A DNA stretch of 64,000 bases from an uncultured Gammaproteobacteria bacterium (GTDB lineage: Bacteria > Patescibacteriota > Microgenomatia > Levybacterales > UBA12049), in assembly GCA_964416445.1 (NCBI GenBank), contig CAYQEE010000006.1, forward strand, positions 21,230 to 85,229, in the 5' to 3' direction. A model generated the notes under the pieces. The model was not told the origin of the DNA and did no database searches. It saw only the letters and a list, made by a program, of their open reading frames with translations. The position numbers and the translations under genes were made by a program. Each line of letters opens with the position of its first letter. Position 1 is the stretch's first letter. This document shows positions 34,688-45,752 of this stretch, one piece after another.

Positions 34688-36177
34688 AATTTTTCAGTTA
34701 CTTTATATTCAATTCGTTTCCCAAACATTAGTTGTGTATGAGAAATAAGGGCTGGAAGAGCGCCAAGGAAAAAACCAACAATAGGAAGTAACACTAATTC
34801 AAGCGGAAAAAGGAATTGCTTTGATTTAGAGACGACATGTCGATCTTTTCTATTTCGAAAATCAATAACAATCATGGTTAACGTTGCAAATATACATGAT
34901 GTTAAGATAAATCCTGCAAGTCGAGGAAGGTTATAACCTAAATCAGTATTCACAAACACAGGATTAACAAGAGGAATGACGTTGGCAGCGATAGTAATAA
35001 TAAACCAGTTTACCGGCCACAAAAAATGATCAAGTAAGACATGATATAACATGAGGGTTTTTCGAAAGAATGGTATTCCAGGAACTGTTAACCACCACTG
35101 AATAAAAAGTGGGTCGTCTGATACACCCCACGACCATCGTCGTTCTTGGTCATATTTATTTTTGAGACTTTTCCAATAATTTGAAGACAAAGGTGCATCC
35201 ATTGAGGTTTGCAGAAAAATTGGATCTACCCATGTATTTCCTCGCAATTTATAAAATGCCTTAAAAAAGATACGGTAATCTTCTGGAATAACATCGGTAT
35301 CCCAATATCCAATATCAACGAGCATTTTATATGATAATGAATACGTGGAATTTGAGACTAAACGGTCTCCTTGAATAAGCAGTGCTGTTCGCCATAAGCT
35401 ACTGAAAAAAGCAAGTACCCGAATAGGTGCCGGAACTTCCCAGAAATTATTATAGTTTACATTTGCTGATTGCCAAAATTTATGATTTCTTTTTGGATCA
35501 TGCAAGAAACTATTGGAAAGATAGGAAAAATATTGCGTATCAAAAATGGAATCTGCATCAACTGAAGAAATTGTTGCATAGTCAAGATCAATTTTTTTTG
35601 TTTTGACTAATCGTTCATATGCTTCTTTGGCGGCAAATGATTCATTGGAAGATTTTCCTTTTACCTCTCCGGCAATGTCAGGATGAAAGGTCGCAAAAAT
35701 ATCACCGAAAAATGGCTTAAATTCATGAATCAATTTGTCTGCTTTTTCAGGTCCTTCCGTTTCTCGTAATTCCATGGCCAGAACAATATATAAACGTTTT
35801 GTGGGAAAAGTTTGTTTGGTTATTGCGGCAAGCGTATGTCGTAACTTTTCATAGCGTTCACAATAATTGGGAATGACAATAATATGCGTAACGTTTTCAA
35901 ATTGAGCATGAGATTTTGCTTTTTCTAACCAATTTTGTGCTTCGGCATCCCGTATTTTATTTGAAGCAATCCACGCCATAATTGCTAATGAAAATGAACG
36001 ATAAAGCCAATAAACATCAAAAAGTAAAATGAAGTAAGCTAAAATATTTGGGAGAAATATCGATCCCCATAACGGGAATAAAATAAGCGTCCATGAAATT
36101 AAACCAGGGATAAGTTCAAGGGTTCGTCTTGTTTTAATAGGATAGCGTATGAAAAGTTTATTGAAAAATGAATTCAT
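34684..36177 (-). CDS. Processive GT2 membrane glycosyltransferase
   Basis: DADS, PED, QERRW motifs with flanking TMs. Confidence 0.88.
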   Translation of the reverse strand: MNSFFNKLFIRYPIKTRRTLELIPGLISWTLILFPLWGSIFLPNILAYFILLFDVYWLYRSFSLAIMAWIASNKIRDAEAQNWLEKAKSHAQFENVTHIIVIPNYCERYEKLRHTLAAITKQTFPTKRLYIVLAMELRETEGPEKADKLIHEFKPFFGDIFATFHPDIAGEVKGKSSNESFAAKEAYERLVKTKKIDLDYATISSVDADSIFDTQYFSYLSNSFLHDPKRNHKFWQSANVNYNNFWEVPAPIRVLAFFSSLWRTALLIQGDRLVSNSTYSLSYKMLVDIGYWDTDVIPEDYRIFFKAFYKLRGNTWVDPIFLQTSMDAPLSSNYWKSLKNKYDQERRWSWGVSDDPLFIQWWLTVPGIPFFRKTLMLYHVLLDHFLWPVNWFIITIAANVIPLVNPVFVNTDLGYNLPRLAGFILTSCIFATLTMIVIDFRNRKDRHVVSKSKQFLFPLELVLLPIVGFFLGALPALISHTQLMFGKRIEYKVTEKL

Positions 36178-36974
36178 AGGTGAAATAAAGTTTTTGCATT
36201 GAGAACTGTTTGCTGTTGAATCTTTTCAAATGAAACTCCCTTGATTTTTGCAAGAAACTTACCTACAAGTATAACATGGGAAGGAAGATTTCTGCTACCT
36301 CGGAATGGTACCGGAGTGAGAAAGGGTGAATCTGTTTCCGTTACTATTCGATCAAGTGGAGTTGCTTTTGCAAGATCAGTAAGTGTCGTAGTCTCTCCTG
36401 GGGCTAATCCCTTATACGTAATATTCCCATCAAAACCAATAAAAAATCCTAAATCTAATGCTCCCTTAAGAGTATCCATATCTCCTGCGAAACAATGAAA
36501 CATACCAGGTTTTGTTGCGAGAAGGTTTTTATGATGTCGTAAAATAGCGAGGATATCCTTTCCCGCGTGTCGATTATGAATTTGCAGGGGAAGGCCAACA
36601 GTATGAGCTAATACAATTTGTTTTTCAAAAACTTCTTTTTGGAGTGTTGGATCAACAATGCCATTTGATTTATAATGATAGTAATCCATACCGATTTCAC
36701 CAATTGCAACAACTTTTGGTTTTTTTGCAAGGGCTTCCAGTTGTTTTTCCCAATCAGATGATAAATCATGTTTATCTGCATGATGTGGATGAATACCGAC
36801 AATAGCATACAAATAGGGATAATGTTCAGCAAGTGCAACCGCTTTTTCACTTGAATCTATTTTTGTTCCAACATTGATGATGGTATGTACTCCTGTTGTG
36901 TGTGCTTGATGAATAATTTCGTCAACATCTTTTTCATAGGCGTGAAAGTTGAGGTGACAATGAACATCGATCAT
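36174..36974 (-). CDS. tatD: TatD family nuclease
   Basis: DVHCH, GIHPH, GEIGMD, ETDSPF. Confidence 0.95.
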   Translation of the reverse strand: MIDVHCHLNFHAYEKDVDEIIHQAHTTGVHTIINVGTKIDSSEKAVALAEHYPYLYAIVGIHPHHADKHDLSSDWEKQLEALAKKPKVVAIGEIGMDYYHYKSNGIVDPTLQKEVFEKQIVLAHTVGLPLQIHNRHAGKDILAILRHHKNLLATKPGMFHCFAGDMDTLKGALDLGFFIGFDGNITYKGLAPGETTTLTDLAKATPLDRIVTETDSPFLTPVPFRGSRNLPSHVILVGKFLAKIKGVSFEKIQQQTVLNAKTLFHL

Positions 36975-37105
36975 CTCTCTATTATAGCAACAAAACGTTT
37001 CTCCTTGGGCTTATTGATATATTACCAGCAAAAGTTGTAAATGAATGACCTTCGTTACCAGGAAAAGAAAAAAGTGGAGAACCTTTTGAACAGTAGAGAC
37101 GAAGG

Positions 37106-38557
37106 TTAGGTAATGCGAGGAAAAAGAGGTTTTTGTGCTTTTATTTCTGGTCCTTGAAATTGTTTTTCAATTTTTTCTGCAGTTTCTGGAAGGAACGGTT
37201 CAAGAAGACCGGCAATCTCAAGTAGTTGGTCAACACAGTGTGCAAGAATAGGTTTTAATTTACTGTCTTGTCTTTTTAATAAGTCCCATGGTTTTTCTTG
37301 ATCAATAAATTGATTGAGTTTTGTAATTTTATCCCAAATGAACCCTAAGGCAATGTGGAATTGATAGGTTGATAAGCTTTCTGTATATTGTGCAACATCA
37401 AGTATATGTCCAGAAACACGATTCTCGGATCCCATCGTTTCATACTGTGATGATTCACACAATTTTGCAACTCGAGCAACAAGATTTCCCAGACCATTTG
37501 CAAGGTCAGCATTATAAACTTCTTTTAATTTCTTTTCAGAAAAATCCCCATCTGCAGTTGATAAAATTTTCCGCAAAAGAAAATAGCGAAGGGTATCAAC
37601 ACCATACTGTTCAATCAGAACAAGCGGATCAATAACATTCCCTAATGTTTTTGACATCTTCTGTCCATCAACCGTTAAGTATCCATGAACGAAAAGTGAT
37701 TTCGGAACTGCAAGTCCAGCTGATTTGAGAATGGCAGGCCAATAAATAGCATGAAAACGAATAATTCCTTTCCCAATGACCATAACATCTTGGGGCCACC
37801 ACTGCTGGTAATGTTTTTCATTCCAGCCAAATCCAATTCCCGTTTGATAAATGTTTAACGCATCAAACCAGACATACATGATTTGGTCAGGATCATTGGG
37901 AACAGGAATTCCCCATCCACGAGCGCGTTCTTTACTGCGAGAAATAGAAAAATCTTCAAGACCTTTGCGAACGAATGCCAGTGCTTCATTTTTGCGAATT
38001 TCAGGAGTTATTTGAAGCTTATCATTTTGTATTAAATCTTCTAAAAACGATTGATATTTTGATAATCTAAAAAAATAATTTTCTTCAGAAACAGTATCTA
38101 ACTTTCTTCCAGGGTGTTCAAAACATTCTCCGTTTTCATTTAATTCTTCGGGTTCATAAAACTGTTCACAGCCGACGCAATACAATCCTGTATACGATTT
38201 TTTATAAATATCGTTGTTTTTTGCACATAATTCCCATAACTTTTGTGATGAAGGGAAATGATGTTTAACATCGGATCCCCTTTGCCAAACATCAAACTTA
38301 ACATGCAACTTCTTTGCAACTGCTAAAAATTCTTCATTATGTTCATTCGTAAATTCTTGAGGGGCTTTCCCTGCTTTTTCAGCTGCTTGAAAGATTTTTA
38401 ATGCATTTTCGTCTGCACCACATAAGTAGAAAACGTCATCTCCAATAATTTTGTGATATCGGCGAATAACATCTGCATAAATAAATTCTTGCGCATGACC
38501 AATATGTGGTTTTGCGTTAACATACGGAATTGCGCTCGTGATATAAAATTTTGCCAT
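37106..38557 (-). CDS. metG: Methionyl-tRNA synthetase
   Basis: HIGH, KMSKT, YVWFDAL. Confidence 0.97.
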   Translation of the reverse strand: MAKFYITSAIPYVNAKPHIGHAQEFIYADVIRRYHKIIGDDVFYLCGADENALKIFQAAEKAGKAPQEFTNEHNEEFLAVAKKLHVKFDVWQRGSDVKHHFPSSQKLWELCAKNNDIYKKSYTGLYCVGCEQFYEPEELNENGECFEHPGRKLDTVSEENYFFRLSKYQSFLEDLIQNDKLQITPEIRKNEALAFVRKGLEDFSISRSKERARGWGIPVPNDPDQIMYVWFDALNIYQTGIGFGWNEKHYQQWWPQDVMVIGKGIIRFHAIYWPAILKSAGLAVPKSLFVHGYLTVDGQKMSKTLGNVIDPLVLIEQYGVDTLRYFLLRKILSTADGDFSEKKLKEVYNADLANGLGNLVARVAKLCESSQYETMGSENRVSGHILDVAQYTESLSTYQFHIALGFIWDKITKLNQFIDQEKPWDLLKRQDSKLKPILAHCVDQLLEIAGLLEPFLPETAEKIEKQFQGPEIKAQKPLFPRIT

Positions 38558-38594
38558 GGCCTCATTTTATCAGAAGGGGTAAGCTGAAACAAGG

Positions 38595-38930
38595 TTATTG
38601 TGTTTTGAGAAAAATAATTTCAAGTAAAACAAATAAAATTGTTAGCAGTAAGAGAAAAAACCAATTCGTAATTTGAAAATATCGAAAAAGTAAAAAGCAA
38701 ATAAAGAATATACTTACCAGTGTTCCCTGTAGTTTGCTTTTGATTAAATATCCCACCAAACCAAAGATAAGAAAAAAAAGTAAGATAAAAAACAAAACAA
38801 TAAGTGAAATGCTTACTCCTCCCAAGCCGATAGTATATTGAGGGGGGAAAGCATACGTCATATAGAGTAATAAAAGAAGTGAGAGTATACTAATTAACAA
38901 CAAGGTAATTTGCTTTTTGAAATATACCAT
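38595..38930 (-). CDS. Small membrane protein
   Basis: Highly hydrophobic 111 aa ORF. Confidence 0.65.
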   Translation of the reverse strand: MVYFKKQITLLLISILSLLLLLYMTYAFPPQYTIGLGGVSISLIVLFFILLFFLIFGLVGYLIKSKLQGTLVSIFFICFLLFRYFQITNWFFLLLLTILFVLLEIIFLKTQ

Positions 38931-38981
38931 TGGATTAGTCTAGCATAGTCGTTTGGTATCTTGGTACAATATGCAGGTAGT

Positions 38982-39359
38982 ATGGTACGTTTTTGGGGAA
39001 AAGTTATACATGGGAAAAAACAAGGGAAGTCCTTTGGATTTCCAACAGCAAATATGGCATTGCATAAACCTATTGCAGAAGGTATTTATATTTCAAAAAC
39101 GAAAATTAATGGAAAACTCTATGCTTCCGCTACCTTTATTGGTCCTGCTCGTATGTTCGGAGAGAACAATACGAAAGCAGAAACATATATTCTCCATTTT
39201 CAACAAAATATTTATGATACATGGATTACCGTAACGCTTCTTAAAAAAATTCGGAATAATGAGGTTTTTTCATCAGAACAAGCATTAATTGCTCAAATGC
39301 ATGATGATATTCAAAAAGTGAAGGAATATTTTTCAAATGCTGAATCTGCATTACAGTAA
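38982..39359 (+). CDS. Stand-alone riboflavin kinase (RibF C-terminal domain)
   Basis: GKVIHG...GFPTAN, ETYIL, KIR....F. Confidence 0.9.
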   Translation: MVRFWGKVIHGKKQGKSFGFPTANMALHKPIAEGIYISKTKINGKLYASATFIGPARMFGENNTKAETYILHFQQNIYDTWITVTLLKKIRNNEVFSSEQALIAQMHDDIQKVKEYFSNAESALQ

Positions 39360-39364
39360 CTCGG

Positions 39365-40306
39365 TTAGGAATGAGGAAAATCTTCTGCCAGTTCTGCTTT
39401 TTTCCCACGAAGAGGTTTTGTAATATTGTAGATAGCAATAAGAAGGACAATGATTCCCAAGATCTGTGTGATTGAGAGTGATTTGTGAAAATAGAAATAA
39501 TCAGTAAGAACTGCTGCAGCAGGCCAGGCAAGTTCACAAAGTGTCGTAATGCGAGCAGGAGTGCGTTTCAGTCCATAATAATAGAAACAGACGGCAACAA
39601 GTCCTGTTGAAAAAGTAATTGCAAGTAACGTAAGCCACTGTGAAGAAGTGATTGCAAACAAACTGCTTGTTTGGTGTTGTCCAAAAACAAAAAGAAGTGC
39701 AAAAATAGGAGCGATGTAATATCGTAAAGCCGTCGCAGTAAGTGTTGAAACTTTATTTAATACATATTTACTAATAGCGGTAGATGCACCCCACATGAAT
39801 CCTGCTGCTAATGCAAATCCTGCTGCAATAATGGTTCCTTGTCCTGTTGAAAAATTCACTCGCATGTCTTTAAAAGTAACAAAATAAACAGCTAGTAATG
39901 CCAGTGCAGCCCACCAGAAAAATTGTCTGGTAATTTTTTCTTTGAGCAATATAGCAGCAGTTGCAATTGCCCATATCGGTTGCAATTGCTGTTGTAATAG
40001 CACAACGACAGAATATTGAATATAGTTAATTTTTTGTAATGCAGCAGTATATAAAATAGTACCAAGTGCTCCAGAAAAAATAGCAACAAGAGAAATTGCT
40101 AGCCATTCTCTGCTAGTCATTTTTTTCAAATCTTTCATCCAAAGGAAGCTGAAGAAAATAAGGACCAGTGCTCCAACTGCATGTTCATAAAAAACAATTA
40201 CTGCAGGAGGTAAAGAATAAAGGGTAATTCGTAAAAATCCATCAAAGTTCCACAATAGTGCGGTAATAATAATAAAGAGTGGTCCAAATTGTAATATTTT
40301 TTTCAT
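39365..40306 (-). CDS. EamA/DMT transporter under FMN riboswitch, probable riboflavin importer (ImpX-like)
   Basis: Two EamA repeats; riboswitch and terminator immediately upstream. Confidence 0.85.
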   Translation of the reverse strand: MKKILQFGPLFIIITALLWNFDGFLRITLYSLPPAVIVFYEHAVGALVLIFFSFLWMKDLKKMTSREWLAISLVAIFSGALGTILYTAALQKINYIQYSVVVLLQQQLQPIWAIATAAILLKEKITRQFFWWAALALLAVYFVTFKDMRVNFSTGQGTIIAAGFALAAGFMWGASTAISKYVLNKVSTLTATALRYYIAPIFALLFVFGQHQTSSLFAITSSQWLTLLAITFSTGLVAVCFYYYGLKRTPARITTLCELAWPAAAVLTDYFYFHKSLSITQILGIIVLLIAIYNITKPLRGKKAELAEDFPHS

Positions 40307-40329
40307 AAAAAAACACCCATTTCGGGGTG
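40307..40329 (-). terminator. Riboswitch expression-platform terminator
   Basis: CACCC-cgaaat-GGGTG-TTTTTTT abutting ATG; CCCCGAA is complementary to the aptamer TTCGGGG (antiterminator). Confidence 0.8.
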
Positions 40330-40366
40330 CACATAAACATATTCTCATCAATTATGATAAGAATCC

Positions 40367-40481
40367 ATTCTTTCTTTTATCCCGACTTTACGGTCGCTAC
40401 TAGATATTCACTAGTTCCTGCAAGAAATCTTGCTCGTAGAGTTTACTACCGATTTTGACTTACACAAAACCCCGAAAGAAT
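40367..40481 (-). ncRNA. FMN riboswitch (RFN element), divergent
   Basis: P1 ATTCTTTC/GAAAGAAT; TTCGGGG...GTGTAA...CGGTAGTAAA.TCTACGAGC...GA.CTAGTGAA..TCTAG..GCGACCGTAAAGTCGGGAT..AAGAA; promoter TTGACT-17-TACTAT at 40516-40488. Confidence 0.85.
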
Positions 40482-40630
40482 ATCTAGATAGTAATAGCTT
40501 ATGATAAAAAAGTCAAGATGAAATGAAAGATAGACAAGAAAGAATGAGAAGAAAAGGTCAAAAAAAGTCTTCCTGTTATTTTTCCCATTGTTCATGCGAA
40601 ATTGCGGCACACTAAAAATAATATAGGTTA

Positions 40631-40667
40631 TTGACAGGGCTTGGCAGTCGTGATAAATTAGTGCTAA
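40631..40667 (+). promoter_or_regulatory. hrcA promoter overlapped by CIRCE
   Basis: TTGACA 40631-36, TG-A-TAAATT -10; TTGGCAGTC-N9-TAGTGCTAA at 40641-40667. Confidence 0.85.
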
Positions 40668-40679
40668 GTCTAAAAATAT

Positions 40680-41411
40680 ATGCACGATTTAACTCAACGA
40701 CAAATACAAATATTGAAAAGTCTCATTGAGGAATATATTGAAACTGCAGATGCAGTAGGTTCAGAAACGTTAGAAAAAAAACATAATCTTAGTGCTTCAC
40801 CGGCAACCATCAGAAATGAAATGGTTACGTTGGAAAAACTCGGTTATTTGAAAAAGCCGCATACTTCAGCAGGTCGTGTTCCTACTCCAGTTGCAATGAA
40901 ATTTTATGTAAAACAACTAATGAAGGAGAAAGAATTATCAGTAGCTGAAGAAGTTGCGATGAAAGAGCGAATTTGGGATTTTCGAGAAAAAGAACAACAA
41001 TGTTTGCGAATGCTCACCAAATCACTCGCTGAAAAAACAAAAGCACTTGCTATTACTACTACGCGTGAAGGCGATATATATGCTGCAGGATACGCAAATA
41101 TCTTAGATATGCCGGAATTTTATGATATTGATATTACTAAAAATCTTCTTGCAGCATTGGATGAATATGATGCATTTGAAAGTATGTTTAAAAACTTAGA
41201 ACAAGATGAAGAAGTACATATTTTGCTTGGTGAAGAGTTGGGAACGCGGTTGAATGGACCATATGGATTTGTGTTTACTCGATATCATACACCATTGAAT
41301 TTGACCGGTGAAATTGGAGTTCTTGGTCCAACACGATTGAATTATACAGCAGTCATTCCTGTTGTAAGATACTTTGGAGACCTTATTGCAGAAATTGCAA
41401 AAGGATGGTAA
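40680..41411 (+). CDS. hrcA: Heat-inducible repressor HrcA (short form)
   Basis: SPATIRNEM, PHTSAGRVPT, GVLGPTRLNY. Confidence 0.95.
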   Translation: MHDLTQRQIQILKSLIEEYIETADAVGSETLEKKHNLSASPATIRNEMVTLEKLGYLKKPHTSAGRVPTPVAMKFYVKQLMKEKELSVAEEVAMKERIWDFREKEQQCLRMLTKSLAEKTKALAITTTREGDIYAAGYANILDMPEFYDIDITKNLLAALDEYDAFESMFKNLEQDEEVHILLGEELGTRLNGPYGFVFTRYHTPLNLTGEIGVLGPTRLNYTAVIPVVRYFGDLIAEIAKGW

Positions 41412-41427
41412 AAAAGTAACAAACATT

Positions 41428-41925
41428 ATGGATAAAAAACATGAAATCGATTTAGAAGAACAAACCTTAGAAGAGATCGTTGAGAATACGAAAGAAGAAT
41501 CTGATGAACTAGCACATTTACAGAAGAAAGTAACGGATTATGAAGAAAAATATAAAAGAGCAATTGCTGATTATCAAAATTTACAACGTCGAACACAAGA
41601 ACAAAAATCAGAGTGGATTAAATCAGCAAATAAAGATTTACTCTTGAAACTTTTGCCAGTTTTGGATACACTAATACTAGCGGAAAAACATATAAAGGAT
41701 AAAGGCATAGCGATAAGTATCGATCAATTTATAAAAGTTTTACAACAAGAAGGATTAGAACGAATAAAAACAATTGGGGAAAAGTTTGATCCCCATACAA
41801 TGGAAGCAATTGCTACGGCAGAAGGAGAAAACGGAAAAGTTTTAGAAGAAATTCGGGCTGGTTTTCGATTATATGATACGATTCTTCGTTCTGCGCAAGT
41901 CATTGTTGGACAAAAAAGTGCGTAA
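41428..41925 (+). CDS. grpE: Nucleotide exchange factor GrpE
   Basis: [26 protein letters not shown]. Confidence 0.95.
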   Translation: MDKKHEIDLEEQTLEEIVENTKEESDELAHLQKKVTDYEEKYKRAIADYQNLQRRTQEQKSEWIKSANKDLLLKLLPVLDTLILAEKHIKDKGIAISIDQFIKVLQQEGLERIKTIGEKFDPHTMEAIATAEGENGKVLEEIRAGFRLYDTILRSAQVIVGQKSA

Positions 41926-42002
41926 GAGATTGTTTAAAAAAAGTGAAGCGTTCACTTTGTTTAAAGAATAAATTACGCTATAATAGAAAGAAGGAAAAAT
42001 AT

Positions 42003-43898
42003 ATGGCAAAAATAATTGGAATAGATTTAGGAACAACAAATTCATGTGTAGCAGTAATGGAAGGTGGATCGCCAAAAGTGATTCATTCCGCAGAAGGAAG
42101 GAATGTTATTCCTTCAGTCGTTGATCCAAAAACACATGTGGTGGGAGATGTTGCAAAGAGACAGTTAGTCTTAAAACCAAAAGAGACAATTTTCTCAGTA
42201 AAACGTCTCATGGGCCGGAAATATACTGACCCATCGGTAAAATATGATCTTAAATGGTTACCTTATACTGTTAAAGCTGGTCGTGATGGAATGGCGGTAG
42301 TCGAAGTAGATGGAAAAACCTATACACCTCAAGAAGTATCAGCAATGATTCTCCAAAAAATTAAAGCAGATGCGGAGAGTTATTTGGGGGACAAAGTAAC
42401 ACAAGCTGTTATTACTGTTCCAGCGTATTTTGACGATTCGCAAAGACAAGCAACCAAACAAGCTGGTGAAATTGCAGGGCTTGAAGTACTGCGTATTATT
42501 AATGAACCTACAGCGGCAGCTCTTGCCTATGGACTTGATAAAAAAAATGCGCATACGATTGCTGTGTATGATTTAGGTGGAGGAACATTTGATATCTCCA
42601 TTCTTGAGCTTGGTGATGGTGTTTATGAGGTAAAGTCTACCAATGGTGATACCCATCTTGGAGGCGATGATTTTGACCAAGCTATTGTTAACTATATTGC
42701 TGATGAATTCAAAAAAGAAAATAATATTGACTTACGAAAGGATCCACAAGCATTACAACGATTACGAGAATCTGCAGAGAAAGCAAAGATTGAATTATCA
42801 TCTTCACAAGAGGCCCAAATAAATCAGCCATTTATTACCGTAGGTCAGAATGGTCCTCTTCATTTGACCATGACCCTTACCCGTGCAAAACTTGAACAAA
42901 TTGTTGATGGATTAATTCAAAAAACGCTAAGTCCAGTACAAAAGGCACTTGATGACGCAAAAATTAAAGTTTCCAATATAGATGAAGTTGTTCTTGTCGG
43001 TGGTATGACGAGAATGCCTAAGGTTATTGAAGCAGTAACGAAATTTTTTGGGAAAGAACCAAATCGTGGAGTGAATCCCGATGAAGTCGTTGCTGTTGGT
43101 GCTGCAGTACAAGGTGGTGTGTTAGCAGGAGAAGTGAATGATGTATTATTACTTGATGTTACACCATTAACATTAGGTCTTGAGACATTAGGCAGTGTTT
43201 CCACGCCATTAATTCCAAGAAATACAACGATTCCAACGTCAAAATCACAAGTATTTTCTACTGCTGCTGATAATCAAACACAAGTCGAAATTAATATTCT
43301 CCAAGGTGAACGTCCAATGGCGGCAGACAACAAATCACTTGGCCGATTCATTCTGGATGGTATTCCTCCTGCACCTCGAGGTGTACCACAAATTGAAGTA
43401 ACCTTTGATATTGACGCAAGCGGAATCTTATCCGTAAAAGCAAAAGATAAAGCTTCTGGAAAAGAACAAAGTATTAAAATTACAGGAAGCACTGGTCTCT
43501 CAAAAGATGAAATTGAGAAAATGACCAAGGAAGCAGAAATGCATGCAAAAGAAGATCAGGAAAAGAAAGATAAAATTGAAGCACGAAATCACGCCGATTC
43601 TCTTATCTTTACTTCAGAAAAAGCATTAAAAGATGCTGGCGATAAAGTGAATGCAGATATTAAAAAAGAGGTTGAAGATAAAATAAAAGCACTCAAAGAT
43701 ATTCTTGATTCAGGAAGTAAAGAAGATATTGAAGCAAAAACAAAAGAGTTATCAGAAAGTCTTTCAAAAATTGGCGAAGCTGCGTATAAACAAGGACAAC
43801 AGGCACAACAAGAAGAGGAAATTGAGAATAAAGAACAAGAAGGAAAAACTGACAACAAGCCAGGTGATGAGCCTGTTGAAGGTGAAGTTGTCAGCTAA
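42003..43898 (+). CDS. dnaK: Chaperone DnaK
   Basis: [17 protein letters not shown]. Confidence 0.99.
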   Translation: MAKIIGIDLGTTNSCVAVMEGGSPKVIHSAEGRNVIPSVVDPKTHVVGDVAKRQLVLKPKETIFSVKRLMGRKYTDPSVKYDLKWLPYTVKAGRDGMAVVEVDGKTYTPQEVSAMILQKIKADAESYLGDKVTQAVITVPAYFDDSQRQATKQAGEIAGLEVLRIINEPTAAALAYGLDKKNAHTIAVYDLGGGTFDISILELGDGVYEVKSTNGDTHLGGDDFDQAIVNYIADEFKKENNIDLRKDPQALQRLRESAEKAKIELSSSQEAQINQPFITVGQNGPLHLTMTLTRAKLEQIVDGLIQKTLSPVQKALDDAKIKVSNIDEVVLVGGMTRMPKVIEAVTKFFGKEPNRGVNPDEVVAVGAAVQGGVLAGEVNDVLLLDVTPLTLGLETLGSVSTPLIPRNTTIPTSKSQVFSTAADNQTQVEINILQGERPMAADNKSLGRFILDGIPPAPRGVPQIEVTFDIDASGILSVKAKDKASGKEQSIKITGSTGLSKDEIEKMTKEAEMHAKEDQEKKDKIEARNHADSLIFTSEKALKDAGDKVNADIKKEVEDKIKALKDILDSGSKEDIEAKTKELSESLSKIGEAAYKQGQQAQQEEEIENKEQEGKTDNKPGDEPVEGEVVS

Positions 43899-43920
43899 AC
43901 AAATAGAGTGTCGTGAACAA

Positions 43921-43946
43921 AAATGAGCGCAGAGATGCGCTTATTT
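43921..43946 (+). terminator. Hairpin between dnaK and dnaJ
   Basis: AAATGAGCGCA-gaga-TGCGCTTATTT. Confidence 0.6.
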
Positions 43947-43970
43947 ATTATCAAGAAGGAAAAATGACTT

Positions 43971-44840
43971 ATGGCAACAAATAATGATTACTATGGTGTG
44001 TTAGGAGTTACCAAAAGTGCAAGTGAAGATGAAATTAAAAAAGCGTATAGAAAATTAGCACTGCAATATCATCCTGATCGAAATAAAACACCTGAAGCTG
44101 CAGAAAAATTTAAAGAAGTCACTCATGCCTATGAGGTTCTTTCTGATCCGCAAAAAAGACAGACATATGATCAATTTGGTGCCAGCGCGTTTGAACAAGG
44201 TGGTCCTGGTGCCCAAGGACCATTTGGGCAAGGACAAGCCGGACAATATGGTCCGTTTAGTTATTCATATTCCACAAATGGTGAAGGTTTTGATTTTGGA
44301 GGGTTTACTGATCCCTTTGAAATTTTTGAACAATTTTTTGGAGGTGGATTTTCTCGGCAGCCGAGAAGGCAAGTCTATTCAATAACCATTGATTTCATGG
44401 ATGCCATTAAAGGAACGACAAAAAAAGTATCAATAAATGGCAAAGAACAAACGATAAAAATTCCTGCAGGTGTTGATACCGGATCCCGTATTCGGTTTGG
44501 TGACTATGATATCCTTATTCAAGTTGCTTCAAGTGACACGTTTACTCGAGAAGGAGATGATATTATTTCTCAGCAGGAAATTACTTTTGCCCAAGCTGCG
44601 TTAGGGACTGAGTTAATAGTGGAAACAGTTGAAGGGAAAGTAACTGTTCGTATTCCTGCTGGTACACAACCAAATGCAGTCATTCGATTACGCGAAAAAG
44701 GCGTTCCTCATGTTAGAGGAAATGGGAGAGGGGATCATTACTTACGAATAAAAGTAACAATTCCTAAAAATTTAACTACAAAACAGAAAGAATTACTGAA
44801 AGAATTTGATTCGGTCAAAGAGAAAAAAGGCTGGTTTTAA
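43971..44840 (+). CDS. dnaJ: DnaJ-class co-chaperone lacking zinc finger
   Basis: J domain HPD, G/F region, no CxxCxGxG. Confidence 0.9.
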   Translation: MATNNDYYGVLGVTKSASEDEIKKAYRKLALQYHPDRNKTPEAAEKFKEVTHAYEVLSDPQKRQTYDQFGASAFEQGGPGAQGPFGQGQAGQYGPFSYSYSTNGEGFDFGGFTDPFEIFEQFFGGGFSRQPRRQVYSITIDFMDAIKGTTKKVSINGKEQTIKIPAGVDTGSRIRFGDYDILIQVASSDTFTREGDDIISQQEITFAQAALGTELIVETVEGKVTVRIPAGTQPNAVIRLREKGVPHVRGNGRGDHYLRIKVTIPKNLTTKQKELLKEFDSVKEKKGWF

Positions 44841-45009
44841 TCTTTGTTTATTTGTTTGATTGCGTTCTTTGCTAAAAGAAGATTAAACATCCCCTTCGAA
44901 TAAAAATATCGTCAATATGCGGCAACAGGCCCAACGAGTATAGGTCAGTACGAGTAGTTTGAACTTACCTACCCTTATTCTGGTAACTATAGCAATCCGA
45001 ATAATCTTG

Positions 45010-45358
45010 CAATTGCTGATTTAGAAGCAAGGTCGAACTTAAATATATCTGATCGTGTTGAAGCAGTTGTTAATTGGTATGGTTGGAATAATATGTCACG
45101 GCCATACCTTCATCCGATGATACTCCAGTTCTTATTCAGCAAGGACTCAACGATACAACTGTTCCTCCACAAATGTCTACCGATTATTTTAACAAATTGG
45201 TTGCTGCTTATATTTTTACGAATATTCAGTATGTAGCAAATGCAGGACATGAATTTGCAGGAAATAATACCAATTCTGATTATGAGCAAATTGCGCAAAC
45301 TGCTGTTCAGTTTCTTAATGTCCATGTAAAGAACAATGCAAATCCATCACCGCAATAA
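45010..45358 (+). pseudogene. C-terminal remnant of alpha/beta hydrolase (esterase)
   Basis: SDRVEAVVNWYG, then frameshift to DDTPVLIQQGLNDTTVP...NAGHEF (catalytic Asp/His region); no nucleophile elbow. Confidence 0.65.
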
Positions 45359-45413
45359 CAATGCATGTTTGTATTTTCCTGTAATTCTTTTTATACTAAG
45401 TGAGCATCTTCTT

Positions 45414-45752
45414 ATGCCAAACTTTTTACTGCTTGCCATTGACTTCATGAAATTTTGGTACATTGATGCACCAAAAGGATTAATTGATTATTTTTCCTCA
45501 TTAAACGCTTCCTTTTTAAAATTATTTTCATTGAGACTGTTATTAGCAACATTTTTTAAACCATGGAAGAATGAGTATAGACAAGGATTAGTAGGATTTT
45601 CCATGATTATGGGAATGGCAATAAAAAGTATGATTATTGCTTTTGATCTCATTGTGTTTTTTGTGCTGGTCGTTTGTGAGATATTTGCTATTTTTCTTTT
45701 TATTACATGGCCAGTAATTACTATATTATTGTTATTTATTCCTAACTTATGA
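45414..45752 (+). CDS. Membrane protein coupled to Clp-like ATPase
   Basis: FSLRLLLATFFKPWK; stop overlaps next ATG. Confidence 0.8.
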   Translation: MPNFLLLAIDFMKFWYIDAPKGLIDYFSSLNASFLKLFSLRLLLATFFKPWKNEYRQGLVGFSMIMGMAIKSMIIAFDLIVFFVLVVCEIFAIFLFITWPVITILLLFIPNL

